A stretch of 64,000 nucleotides of DNA, taken from NCBI RefSeq assembly GCF_006345805.1, contig NC_043006.1:36270001-36334000 (forward strand), written 5' to 3'. The stretch is from Octopus sinensis. Lineage: Eukaryota. Below, one piece after another: positions 1 through 12,989 of the stretch (positions are counted from its first letter, which is position 1; each line of letters starts with the position of its first letter). The translations under genes were made by a program, and so were the position numbers. Below the pieces are notes generated by a model, which was not told the DNA's origin, ran no database searches, and worked only from the letters and a program-made list of their open reading frames with translations.

Positions 1-204
1 ATTGCAAACAAATGGGTAGGTTAAAAGGTGCAAACAAGAATTATATGAGCTGATTGCAGTGATTGAGAGATGTAAAGCATGAGGGGTGGGTTGTGAGGCA
101 GGGAGGACCGAAAGAGAAATTGTTGGTGTAAGTTGTGGGCGTGGCAGTGTTGTGAGTTAACCAATAGTTTCTGTTTAGTGTTGCGTGTTTGTGTATACAC
201 TTAC

Positions 205-232
205 ATCTCTTTAATCACTAATTCATTCATCA
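205..232 (-). CDS. Candidate small internal exon of a leftward gene (xMNELVIKEx)
   Basis: Minus strand reads ttaacttacatcag|TG ATG AAT GAA TTA GTG ATT AAA GAG AT|gtaagt: branch-like TTAAC, AG acceptor, perfect GTAAGT donor, open phase-1 frame. Only 28 nt, so chance occurrence is possible. Confidence 0.3.
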
Positions 233-519
233 CTGATGTAAGTTAATATGGTGCGCTAATTGTGAAATGCATTATGCTTATCACAAATTGATCTAGGATA
301 ACATGGGTTAACAATCAATCGAAGATTCTACTTGGACTACAAAAAGCATGCCCCAGCAATTATCCACAGTGCTCAGAACAACTTGGGGCTTTGGAACAAA
401 AACTATTTTTCCAATGTTCTATCATTTATTTATCATTAATTCATTTAACACAGCACGTCTTTGTTTTTTTTAACAATCCCTAGACCTGTGATAAACGAGG
501 ATGTATAATTTCTAGTCAG

Positions 520-1100
520 ATAGCTGGTCAGTGTGGTGTAGTATCTTGTTGGCAGAGAAATGGAAAGTTAAGAGATTGAAATAATCACATTATGGGATAA
601 TAATTTAGTTTAGGCTGCTGTCACAGATCATGTGACAACAACAGCTACACTGCATATGCATCACAGGAGTAAATGTTGAGCAAAACGACATTTTCCATGA
701 GGTCTTCTTACAAATTACCTGTCATGGCTGGTAACTTCAATGGACATGTGGTGGCTAATGCTATGTAAATTACTCCAATATGCATGGAGGCTAAGAATAT
801 AGTACAAGAAGTGAAGTGTGGTCGAGGCTCTTAGATTATTTGTAACACAGAAATCTATGTGCAATACCGACTTCAGGAAACTTGACAGTCACCTGACCAC
901 ACTGACAATTCAGGCAACCACATAAGGCAGGTAGATTTTATACTAATTAGGAAAAAAGTTAGACAACTAGCGAATACTAAGAATTTGCCTAGTGAAGCAT
1001 GTACCTCTCAATATTAACTGGGGTTTAGTGACATCTGAATAAGAATTAGATAGGAGAATCAAAGACAAGACAATTCAGGGAAGGAAGGTATAGAGGGTAA
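520..1100 (+). mobile_element. Decayed RTE-clade LINE, endonuclease domain fragment
   Basis: Frameshifted motifs in the expected order: LLAEKW (~545-563), AYASQ (~653), MAGNFNGHV (~724, consensus AGDFNGHV), RQVDFILIRKK (~925), EACTSQY (~993). Many stops. Confidence 0.8.
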
Positions 1101-1557
1101 CAAAGTTAAACTTATGACAGAAAACAACTGAGAATTTCTACTGAGACAACCTACTGCAAGCCACAGACCAGAAATATTGATAGAGCAGGATAGCCAGATA
1201 GAAGGTGAGATTGTGGTAGAGCTGTATAATAATAGAAAGAATTAGATAACTTTGAAATATTGGTATAAATGGGAGCCTGCTACAAGAGGAATACATGAGA
1301 TGTACATAGCACAGCTGAAGTATGAAGATTAAACTAATAAAGTCACAGTAATAAGATCATAATTTTGGCTAGGAAAGAAAGTCACAATTAATTTATGGGA
1401 TCCGGTAATAAAGTCACAATTAATTTATGGGATCCGGACAAAACCCCGCTAGGACAACCCCCGCCCCGGACAAAACCACTGTGATTTTTTCCTGTGACTT
1501 CTTTTTACCTGGATTCGTGTGTATATATGTATATATATATACACACGTGTTTGTGTG

Positions 1558-1600
<43 letters not shown>

Positions 1601-1729
1601 TGTGCATGGACGGGAAACCTAAGGTAATCCCATAAACCGGCGTTCCGCATATATATATATATATATATTTATCGGTGTGTGTATTGCACACATACTTATT
1701 TCAAAACTTCCACTGGCTATATGTCTTAA

Positions 1730-1960
1730 ACTCACCCCACATCCCATATTCCTATTGATTATTCAGCGCGCTCTGACTCAAAAACCTCAATTCATATTCC
1801 CAATATCTTTTTTTTAAAGCCTGGCAGTTCTCAGGGCTTGCTGTGCCCATGGAAACACAAGCAACATCGCTTACTCACTCGTGCTCAACATGCGTCTGAA
1901 CGCAGTCCCGCATTTACGCGATTAGGAACGCACGCATCCATAATACTTTATATCGTGTCT
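1730..1960 (-). promoter_or_regulatory. Candidate 5' end / first exon region of a leftward gene
   Basis: CpG-dense unique sequence (11 CG in 1861-1980) beside a CpG-poor domain. Two minus-strand GTGAGT donors (1878-1873, 1735-1730). ATG TTG AGC ACG A|gtgagt at 1891-1879 ends in phase 1, matching the 232-205 exon. Confidence 0.3.
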
Positions 1961-2309
1961 TTCGCTTGAAATATACTTGGACACGCTACAAAGGATTCAC
2001 CGTCTTATTTTATCTCTTAAAGGCTGCATGCTCCATCATACTAGCATGAGCTTGTTATTAACAATGTGTGTGTGTGCAGTGATAATGTTAAGTTACATAT
2101 GTGTGTAAAAATTATATATATATATATATCTATATATATATATATGAATAAATAAATGCATACATACATACCCACATGCATATATATATACACACACACA
2201 CACATGCAAATATATATACATATATAAATACACACTACACCCCCACCGCAAATATCTATGTACATACACACACATGTATGCACACACACACACGCACATA
2301 TATACATTT

Positions 2310-2454
2310 AGCGTGGTTGTGTGCTTAGAAGCCTGCTTCCCAACCGCATGGTTCCGGGTTCAGCACCTTGGGCAAGTACCTTCTGCTAATAGCTTCGGGC
2401 CGACCAAAGCCTTGTGAGTGGATTTGGTTGACGAAAACTGAAAGAAGCCTGTCG

Positions 2455-2511
<57 letters not shown>

Positions 2512-2719
2512 TGTATGTATATGTTCCTGTGTCTGTCCTCTCACCATTGCTTGACAACTAATGTTGGTGTGTTTACTTAGCGGTTTGGTAAAAGAAACCG
2601 ATAGAATAAGTACTAAGCTTTCAAAGAATAAGTCCTGGGGTCGATTTCTTGGACTAAAACCCTTTAAGGCGGTGCTCCAGCATGTCCGCTGTCAAATGAG
2701 AAACAAGTGAAAATAGAAG
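2310..2719 (+). mobile_element. tRNA-derived SINE (major family) with internal (TA)n
   Basis: Degenerate Pol III head, CCTTGGGCAAGT core, GGAAACTGAAAGAAGCC-like motif, 3' tail AAGGCGGTGCTCCAGCATG...GAAACAAG; many copies in this window. Confidence 0.85.
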
Positions 2720-2779
2720 TACACACACACACACGTGTTAATGTATGTGTGAGTGCTCATATTTACAGTATCTGTGGGT

Positions 2780-3110
2780 GTGTCTGGCTGTGTAGTTTGA
2801 ACCCCAAAACCTATGGCTTTGCAACTATAGGGCTTTGAGTTCAATCCCACTACGAGGTATCTTGGGCAAATGTCATCTATTAGATTCCCAGGCCAGTCGA
2901 TGCCTCGTGAGTGAATTTAGTTGACGGAAACTGTGTAGAAGCCCGCTGTGTGTGTGTGTGCCTTACCAGCGCTTGGCTACTGGTGTTGATTTGGGACCGA
3001 TAGATTAAATACCAAGCTGTATAATGAACTAGGGGTCTATTTGTTCGTATACAACCTTCAAGGCGGTGCTCCTGCATGGCTACAGTCTGATGATTGAAAC
3101 AAGTAAAAGA
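2780..3110 (+). mobile_element. tRNA-derived SINE (major family)
   Basis: B-box-like GAGTTCAATCCC, CTTGGGCAAATGTC core and the same 3' tail as 2310-2719. Confidence 0.85.
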
Positions 3111-6100
3111 AAAAAAAATATTTGTGTGTATATACTGTGCTATTGTAATTATGAATTATAAGTTAACGCTGCTGCATTGCTGGTACATCATCATTGTCTC
3201 CCCAGCTTGATCAATTCCAGACTAGAAAATCTCGGCTGCAGTACTGTTTAAAGGGGGTCTTGTGAAGCATCGTCTGTTATGCGAGGGGGTTGATTGTGTA
3301 GTAAAAATTTGACAAAGGAATACACAGTGACTCAATGATAGTCAAAAAGCGTAACGTGGGAAAACTAATGAAAAACTATACGTGAAAACATTCTAGCGCT
3401 GTGTTCTGTAAAAATAAGCATATGGAATATATCAAAGAACATGGTTTGCTGTTTTTCAAGAACAGTTGATGTTTCTAACAAAGGTGCAATAAAGCGTTTC
3501 CAAATACTTCCGAGAGACATTCACTTTGAGAAGGGAGTGCACACGTGTTGACTTTTACTGTGGTTACGAAGAATTATCAAAGGAAATAAGAAACTAACCA
3601 CACGTGTGAGCAAGTGAATGAAATGTTTGCATAGACTATGACAATGTGTAAACTGGAAAATAAAAATTGAAAAATTAGTTCAAAAGAACATTATACTAGC
3701 AAATTTTCTAGCCCATATTTTTACTCAATGCAATAAGATTAACTGCACGGTAATTAGAAGTTGATGTTGAAAATATTTTGGTCAAAGTGTATAACCATTT
3801 CAGTATCTCTTCTGTAATGACGGTACAGTTAAAAGAAATTACACGAATTTGTGCATGTTGTTAATTGTATTGTTATGCCGTGTTGTAATAAAATGGCTAA
3901 CTCTTGCCGTTTATTGATAGAATATTTAAGTCCTTAAAGTCTGAAAAAGCTATTGTTAGTGTCTATCGAGGAGTGCCAAAGCACTGTGGGAATGTTTTGG
4001 AGATGAAAATGGTTGTAAATTATCAAAGATATTTTTATTCTTCGGTAACACATTTTCAAACGCTACTGATGTATTTAGAAGCAAAGTCATTCAGCTTTAG
4101 AATCATTATTTAAGCCAAATTGAAAAGCTTAAAACGTTTTTGCTTAGCTTTGCAGTGAACCCATAATTAACTAGCTTACTTCTGTTGTTCCACAAATGTA
4201 GAGCACATTTATTGTTTTCTATAAAATAATCTAAAATATTTAATAAGTATGACTTTTCTGGAAACAGCTTCTATAACAAATTGTCGAAACTTATTTTTAC
4301 AAAGAACATAACTTGTGAAGAATTCTGTTATGCTTTCAAAATCTGTAACCTTCAAGACTTACATCAAGAGTATAGGATTGTAGAAGCAATACTCCTCATA
4401 TAGTAGATAGCCTGACGATAGGCTTCGTCCACGATAAGCTGTGTATCACGGCGGCACCCCAATTACTTTATCAAGGAGTTGAGCATCGAAGAAGACACGT
4501 TCATTCTCTCTCTCTCTCTCACACACACACATGTGCGTGTGCACATGCTCTCACACACTTAATTCGTTACACATTTAAGTGTGCTCAGCTAAAGTGACAT
4601 CGATTTTTTTTATATTGAAAAAAAAAAAACAAGACAATCTGACAAAAAAGACATAAATTTTCCTATAAATAAGAAACATTTTTACCTTTAATTTTTTTTT
4701 CGGACTTAATCGTGGATTTAATTACGTATATCGTGACGATACGTGACATTTTGAAATTCGTTGTACATTCTCATGCATTTCAATCAAATTTCTTCTGTGT
4801 TTGCACCTGTATTAATGTTTTTCTGTGCTTTAGAACTTCGCCCCCGCAACTACATGATTTCTGGTTCGGTCTTACCACACAACACTTCTAGTGTCTTCTA
4901 TTTATCTATCATAGTCTCGAGTCAAAACCAAAGCCTCATGGGTGAAATTTAGTAGATGGTAACTAGAGGAGCGCGGGAAGCGGGAATGAACCTCATCTGC
5001 GATAGTTGACTGAATCAGTCACTCAGTTTACGAACGTGGTAAACCGAGTGTCCTTGGGTACCTCGAGGAGAGTTCGCTCTTGCAAGCATCACCAGTCATA
5101 GACACCCTAAAAAGAGCCGGGTTGCTTCCTTTTCTCCTCATTAATGCATTTTTGTTTTATTACTTTTTAAGGCAGCTGCGTAAAGGATTTGAAATTATAT
5201 GAGCCAGAGACGAAAAGTGTGGGATAGCTGGTGGTAGTGATTGGTAATAAATATTCCTTTTTATCTACGTCTTCCCCTCTCCTTTCTTCCTTAGTCTCCT
5301 CGTTCCCTTCCCTCATTCAGTATCGCCTCTTCCTGTACCTCATGAACTTCGTTTGTCAACGTTATTATTATTGTCTAATAACATGCTAAGGTTATAACGG
5401 GGTTGTCAGTTGACTTTCATTAGCTTAAAAGTTCAAAGGGAACTTCATCGCCTCATTATCTGTTGGTCTTTAATTTTCTATATCGTTGTGGTGACCTTGA
5501 TGGGGGTTCGCATTTGACCTAGTAATTGCTGGTTCTTATTTTTCCTTTTCGCTTTAACATTTCATTTTTGCTCTTTCATTTTCGAATCGTTTCCTATTTT
5601 ATGATGTATGATTGACTTTTAAAAGAAAGTGTGTTTTACTTGCGCATACACATACACATGTACGCAAACATCATTATGGCCTTAGCTGTGCTGGTTAAAG
5701 CGAAAGAGCCGAAGCATTTGGTTTGTACAAACAAACATAAAATAAATTTATTTACTCTTTATACGCATGCATGCAATAAACACTGCATTTTCACTAACGG
5801 TAGATTTCATAGGCTAACGTACAACAGGTCCACAAAATTTTGTAAAGTTTATATAAAAAAAAGGCTCTTTTTGAAGTTAAAAATCTAGAAACAAAAATAG
5901 AAAAGCTTTTGCTTATTTTACCTTGTTCAAGTTAACAATTTGATGAATAACATTTTCTTTTCAAAAATGCCGATTTATTATTATGGATTTTCTAAAGCCT
6001 GAAACATTTTATGAAAGAACTCTCGCGGTGAATCAGTGCACCGTGACGCACTGCTTAATAGCTATTGCCTTACCGCGTTGGATAAAATGCTTTGCGGTAC

Positions 6101-6450
6101 TTGTTCCGGCTCTCTGCCTTTCGAGTTCAAATCTCACTGAGATCAACTTAGCCTTTCATCCTTTCGACTTCGATAAATAAAGTACTAATCAGAGCAATGG
6201 AGCGACGGAATTGTTAGATCGTCGAACGAAGTATCTTGTGTCTGTTCTATGTTATGACAATACCTGGGATCTTTTCCAGGTATCTTTTTCAACACAATTT
6301 CTAGTTAACTAAGCACTTTTAAACTTCGTATACTGGTAGAATGTGTCAAAATAAAACATTTTTTTCTCTTGGCTTTCTTGAGAAAATTGTAATTTGTAAG
6401 TTTAACGTAGTTTAATTTTTCGAATTTTAACCAATCAATGGCCTAAAATC

Positions 6451-6787
6451 ATTTGCTGCGTCTAAAACTGAGACAACATCCTGCCACTGTTTTGTTTAAG
6501 TACGGAAAGCGTGTGTCTAAAATTATAGAATTATTTTGTTTGTTAATTGTTTAAATTATTTTCCATTGTTTTCGTTTTAGCCTTTCGTTTTTTTTTTTCT
6601 TAAGCAATGGAAAATAGTTTAAACAATACACGTGTATCTCAAAACAAAAACAAAACGAATAATTTTAGACACGCGCGTAACAATTAAATTAATTTAACAA
6701 TTAAGAAAAAAAAAACGAAAGGCTAAAATTTAGGGTTAGGGTTAGGGTCAGTGACGGGATGTTGTCTCAGTTTTAGACGCGGCAAAT
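6451..6787. mobile_element. Foldback/MITE-like element with 39-bp TIRs, nested internal inverted repeats and (TTAGGG)3
   Basis: 6451-6489 vs 6749-6787 inverted with 3 mismatches; internal IR TTAGCCTTTCGT(n)CTTAA / TTAAGA(n)CGAAAGGCTAA; TTAGGG x3 at 6730-6747. Confidence 0.75.
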
Positions 6788-7495
6788 GTTCGTGTATGTT
6801 TATGTTCATAGTAAGAAACCATTTTTATTTTCAACATGACGACATGCCCGCCGCTTTTCAAGCTGCGACTCACCCCCGCCCCCAGAATCACTGATTAAAG
6901 CGAGGTAATAAAAATAATAATAATAAAAAAACTATACCTTTCAATAAATAGTCTTAAGACTAGAACAAGGTGCAATAAATGAAGGTCTGGCAGCACCTTA
7001 AAGAACGTGATACAGAGAAAACTGCTAAAAGAATAAGGAAGAATATGTAAAACAAGCGAGCAGGCTAACCAGATAGATGTATGATTAAGTTAAATGTTTT
7101 CTGATCGTCCAGAAAATGGTAATTACCAGTGGGGCCAGTTAAAGCGACAGTTGTGAGACTTAGACTCTTTGACCGAGAACCTGAAGAAAGAATACGGGGG
7201 GGGGGGTCTTTAGAGAAGAAAATGTCTTTTATGGATGAGAGAAGAGATATGAAGCAGAAGATTGATACAAAATCGTATGGAATGTGACGATTTCAATTTT
7301 CCGGAGCGATCGATTGAAATCTGTATTGCGCAGGTGTTTTAGAGTAACAATGATGCATCCTGTCAGTAGAATGTTGTGGGGTGGAAGTTGTTTTGAAATT
7401 GCCTTGTAGCCGTATTGAATTATAAATTAGCAAGGAGCTATTTGGAAATAAAATTCTCGATCAATGATGCTTCCACATGTTTCATATCATCCATC

Positions 7496-7820
7496 TTTTA
7501 CTAGTTTCTGTCATTAGGCTGTGGCCTTTCTGGAGCATCGCTTTGAAGGATTTAGTCGAACTAATCGCCTCCGGTACTCATCCTATCGATCTCTCTTGCC
7601 GAACCGTTGACACAGGTTGTCAAGCGATGGTGGAGAGACCAAGACACAAACACACACATATACGACAGAATGCCACACAGTTACTGTCCATTAAAATCAT
7701 GATATTGTTCGACCCTGGGCTACGGTAGGTAGAAGGCACTCAAGATGCTGCTCACTGGAGAAGAACCCGAAATCACGTTGTTGCAAAGTACGCTTCTTAA
7801 CCATACAGCCATGCCTGCTC
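7496..7820 (-). mobile_element. tRNA-derived SINE (major family), reverse orientation
   Basis: Reverse complement of the tail (CTGGAGCATCGCTTT) and head (CTTCTTAACCATACAGCCATGC) seen at 2310-2719. Confidence 0.8.
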
Positions 7821-7934
7821 ACATAAAACTATTTTCAACAAGTTGGTACCCATATTACCACACAGCCAAGTTCAAACTAGTTGAAAGTCTATTATGTAAA
7901 TGTTTTACAACGGCTTGATAACAGCCTCGAACAT

Positions 7935-8140
7935 AACTGGATAGAAAATTTAAGTTCAGGCATCAAAAGACTTGTTAGCGATTTCCAAATCGATAGCAAC
8001 AAAAGTCGATTAATCAAAGCAATCGTGAATGACTGGTTTAGAATCATAAATCCTGGAGATTTGGAGAAAGTTATCGCTTTCATGCCAAGAAGAACTGAAG
8101 CGGTAATCAAAGCAAAAGGTTATCCTACTAAATATTATTG
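7935..8140 (+). mobile_element. Tc1-like transposase C-terminal remnant
   Basis: Translation IENLSSGIKRLV...MPRRTEAVIKAKGYPTKY matches the Tc1 C-terminal pattern (PIENLW...MPRR..AVIKAKG..TKY). No N-terminus or catalytic core. Confidence 0.85.
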
Positions 8141-9116
8141 TAATCTAAATAATGAGCTTTTGTTTTTATATGGTGTTTAAATACATCTGGTTTAAGCTGA
8201 AATGCATGTTTTAGTGTATTTAAATCTCAAAGATTTCTGTTATATTCAGTTGAAGAACAATGCCTATTTTAAAGCTCCATGGGTTATATTATAGAACAAT
8301 GAAACATCTTTGAAGATGACGAGAATAATAATTGCGAGCAGGAAATTGGCATAAAGCCAGGAAGCAATGACTAAGAAAGTGTCCAGAATTTTGGTGACTA
8401 CTGTGTTTGCGCTCGCGTATCTCTCTCTCTTTCTATTTGTCTGTGTGTGTGTCCTTCATTTCTTCTTGCTAACATTACCAATGCACTGTTCGGTACATTA
8501 CTATAAAAAGTTTTATCCACCCCATCACGTCACCGACCAGATTATCAGATGATGTTACACATCGCTAGTCACAGTGTTCTTTGTATCGTTTTAGCCTTCG
8601 AATGATGCCACTCTGCTGGCTCGGCGAGCAGAAATGGCAATCCATGCACGCATCTATTTGCACACATACACACATATGCGATTATATTTGAATGGCTAAT
8701 TATAGGTAATTTGGTTTACAAATGCATACATATTTATGCATATAAATGTGGATATACGTATGTATACGGGGAGGTATATATGTGGTGTGTTTTGAATAAT
8801 CAAAGAACCTAGTCGGCAGGTTTGTGGATAAATTGTGAAAAAGTTCATATGCTTATGTTTCAATAATCCTACAATCAACCTCTCGCTGTATTAATACTAG
8901 GGCCCTGTATGTAAGTTACTAAACATACATAAATTAATTAGTATGTAATCGTCTATTATTTCTGTTCATGCATATCGGCGCGTGAATGGGTGCATACGTG
9001 TGCGTATGTTATAGTTTGATTTTAACTACCGGATTGAATGTTGAAAAACTCCTAAGTTGCCTTGACAATACGCGCGCGCGCACACACACACACACGCACA
9101 CCAAATCTATTACCAT

Positions 9117-9456
9117 TTGCCTGTTTCAGTCATTGGACTGCGGCTTTGCTGGAGCACCGCCTTGCAGGGTCGAATCGAACAAATAGACCCTGGCACTTTA
9201 CTTTTTTGAAAGTCTGTCACTTATTCTATCGGTCGCTTTTCCTGAACTGCTAGTTACGGTACGTAAAAGAAAGAAAAAACAAGCAGTGGGGAGGGGAACC
9301 ACAATACACACACTCACCCGAGCGTAACGGGCTTCCTCAGTTTTTCCGTCACAATGCTTTGAGTCTATAGTGGAAGACACTTGCCCAAGGTGCCGTGCCG
9401 TCGGACTGAACCCGAAGCCATGCGGTTGCAAATCGAATTTCTTAACCACACAGTCA
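9117..9456 (-). mobile_element. tRNA-derived SINE (major family), reverse orientation
   Basis: GCTGGAGCACCGCCTT tail and AAGACACTTGCCCAAGGTGCC core as reverse complements. Confidence 0.85.
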
Positions 9457-9467
9457 CGTCTTTGCAG

Positions 9468-9515
<48 letters not shown>

Positions 9516-10148
9516 ACACATATACTCTAGCTGTCAGTCCCTGTAAAAGTGTTCTATTTATAGGAGCCTCTCTCCTGCACACCTGATTTGTGCACGCGTG
9601 CAGTTTGCAGGTGTCTAATATTCTTGAGTGCTTGCGGCAGTACCCACGCATGTTTAAGTGCACGCACGCATTCACTTTAGGTGGGGGGTTTTGTTGCGAG
9701 AGCATCTTTACTTTATTCTATTCAGGTTCGTTGAGTAGAAAGAATTGGTCTTGTCTCTTGAAGACTGTGTGTTTATGTTTCGGCATTTGCACACACATAC
9801 AAGTTAATGTGTGTGTGTGTGTGTGTAAATGTGAGCTGTCAAGCGGGATTAAGTTATAATGACGTGTGCGTAGATGCGGTCTTATATATTTGTGTGCGTC
9901 CGCTGTATGCATATAATTATGTGTATACACATACAAATACACACATATACACGCACACATTTACACACACAAATACAGTGACCATTCAGTAATTTAATCA
10001 ATTAAACTACTGACTCGTTAAACTAACGTCAAAGTGGTTGAGTATACCCTAGATGCATGTACCCTTAACGCACTTCCCAGGCTGAAACCAATCCCGGCCC
10101 AACTTAGGTTCACACAAAGCTTGAGTGAACCCTAAGCTACCTATCTAT

Positions 10149-10483
10149 CAGAGCTTCTCAAACTTTTTGAGCCACCGCCCCCTCATAGCCACATAATACC
10201 CTCAGCGCACCCACCCCTATTTTTTTGTATAAATAGATATTTTATATTTAACCAATTTATATACACTATGAATTATTTGATATTTAATATAATGTCGTAT
10301 AATTTGTATACAATACTATAATAATATAAATTCACAGCATCCCCCAATCCACTGCCTTCCTGCCAATGCCTCCTTTTTCTCTACCCCCACCCCGTACCAC
10401 CCTCTTAGACACCAGCGCCCACGTGGACCCTCTCAACGCCCACCGGGGAGGAGGGTCGGCAGCGCCCACTTTGAGAACCTATG
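10149..10483. mobile_element. hAT-type MITE
   Basis: Ends CAGAGCTTCTCAAACTTTTT ... CCCACTTTGAGAACCTATG; same end architecture as 27320-27634 and 41947-42242. No clear TSD. Confidence 0.65.
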
Positions 10484-11401
10484 ATCTACCTAATGATAAA
10501 AGGCACTTGCTCAAGGTGTCACGCAAAGGGATCCGACCCGGGATTTCAGGATTGCGAAGCGAACTTCTTTACTCTGCCACTCTTGCTTCCACGCACGCAC
10601 CATTATGTGCGGGATTGTTTATGTCACAATAATGTTTGTCTGCCTCTAATGCACGGCAAATATCTGTCGTTTGTTGTTTGTTGTTACTGCTCTTGTATGT
10701 TATGTTGCGTTATTTGTTTATTCTATTTCCATTAATATGTCCAAGGTAGGATAGACATGTTATACATGATGTCTGCATTTTCATTCTTTTTGTGTTTTAA
10801 AAAAGGTATTGGATAATGGGAGAGCGCAAAAGAAAAGAATGAATATTAAACCGAAGGAGAGAGGGAGATTGGAAGGGTAGGGTCTAGTATAAGATAAAAG
10901 GAAGGAAGAAAATAAGAGATGGTGGGTGAGGAAATATTGAGAATTGAATATTGAGACTGAAAGATCTTGTAATGAGGAAATATATAGAAAAAAGAAGAGA
11001 GATAAGTAGGGAGGGAGAGGCTCGGAAAGATAGCTAGCGAAAAAGGAAGAAAATCCCCGGAAGGATAACTAGGGAAGAGAGAGAAAGAGAGAGAGAGAGA
11101 GAGATAGGAAATGAGTGACTAGACAAATAGAGGCTGGTTAGATAGAATGTGTCTGTGAATGGGAAACGGGTATTACCAAAGGGGTAGGGATAAGTAGATA
11201 AAATGAGTAAAAGAACAGGAAAATGTTTGTGAAAAATCAAGAATAAAATTGAATTGGAGAAAAGCAATTCTATTCCCACTCTCTCAAACACTATATTTGT
11301 GCTATTTTCCTCAAATATATATATATATATATAAAGCTTTCTTTAGCTCAATGCCTCATTTCCTCTTCTACCCTTTCTAACTCTATCCAATTTCTCATAG
11401 A

Positions 11402-11403
11402 CG

Positions 11404-11470
<67 letters not shown>
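11402..11470. repeat. (GATA)n microsatellite
   Basis: Long GATA run visible directly. Confidence 0.95.
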
Positions 11471-11708
11471 TATATATAGTCATAGATAGGGAGAAAGATA
11501 GATAGCTGGGGAAGGAGTGGAAGCTGTGCGTGTGTCTTTTATAGATGAGTCACCACTGTCATTTCTAGAACCTAGCCTTCTCCCTCTTTTTTAGCTGAGG
11601 AAATCTGTGTATGGAACAATTAACTGGAAGGAACAAACGCAATGAATGAATAGATGAGTAGCGCTGTAAGGAGGGAGAAAATGTGTGTTTGAGAGAGAAA
11701 ATATGAAA

Positions 11709-11753
<45 letters not shown>

Positions 11754-12989
11754 ATTTAGAGAGTGATTGTAAGATAAATAGAGAAAGTAGATTAAAATTT
11801 TAAAACTAGTGATGGGGGTGGGTTGAGTGAGGCAGAAATTGGATAGAAGTTAGAAAGAGAAGAAGAGGAAATGAGGCACTGAGCTGAAGAAAGCTTCTTT
11901 TATATATATATTTTTCTTTTTTCTTTTTTTTTTGAGGGAAGTAGCACAAATATAGTAAGTTTGAGAGAGTGGGATTAGAATTAACGGTAAAAGAGTAAAT
12001 GTGTTTGAGAGAGAGAGAGAGAGAGAGAGAAAGGCGGGGAGATTTAAATGTATGGAAGTAGGAAAGGGAGAAGACGAAATAAGACAAAGGCAGAGATCAG
12101 TTGTTTAGAAGTACCTTGGAAACTGGTACAAATAAACAGTGACAGAGGTAGGTAGATAGATAGGTAGTTAAATAGGGAGATAGATAGATTTGCCCAGTCA
12201 TAAACGAATAATTTCTAAATGAATTTTAAACTGAAACGAATGTTCTTTGGTTGTTGATTTTCCTTTGCAGTGTTTTGTTTCTCATTTTGATTTTCCTGCG
12301 TGCTGTTCATGTTATTCTTTTCTTTTGAAATTTTATGAGTCAAGTTAATCCGTTAATGTAAGTCCATGTGTGAGGTAATCGACTATAAAATCTCTATTTC
12401 ACGTAATGACACTCATTCAAACGCACATATGAGATTATATGAGTGCTGTGTGTGTGTGTGTTGTGTGTGTGTGTGTGGTGTCTTTATGTGCAAAAAATAG
12501 ACATACATTGTACATTCAAAGGCAGAATAATTAAACTTGTTTGTACTAAGCAATTATATTATGTATTTATATCATTACATAATTGATTTATAATGATATA
12601 ATATGTATTCATGTTTTATTTATAATTATGCAATTTTGTCTACGTGTGAATTTGCATTTGCAAATTTGTCTATATTAAATTATAAGAATATTAATTTATG
12701 TGTATGTATGTATGTATGTATGTATGTATCTCTCTCTATATAGATAGATATATATATACATACAACATACATATTTATGTTGACACACAAACACACTCAT
12801 GCGCGCATACATGGGCACTTTGTAAACGATGTTTGTACACATCTTCATAAACGTGCAGTCAATTAGGTTTCTTAAATATGCTCGCTTAATTTCTTGTTAA
12901 TCAGTGTTTAAATAACTTATATAGCAATTTTGCTTTTTTTGTTGTTTGTTTTGGCAGCAACAACACTGTTAAAATAATAATGATGGTAA

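Noticed and set aside
4410-4445. CTGACGA followed by a small hairpin, as a possible hammerhead ribozyme core
   Set aside because: The required GAAA and closing stems are not present.
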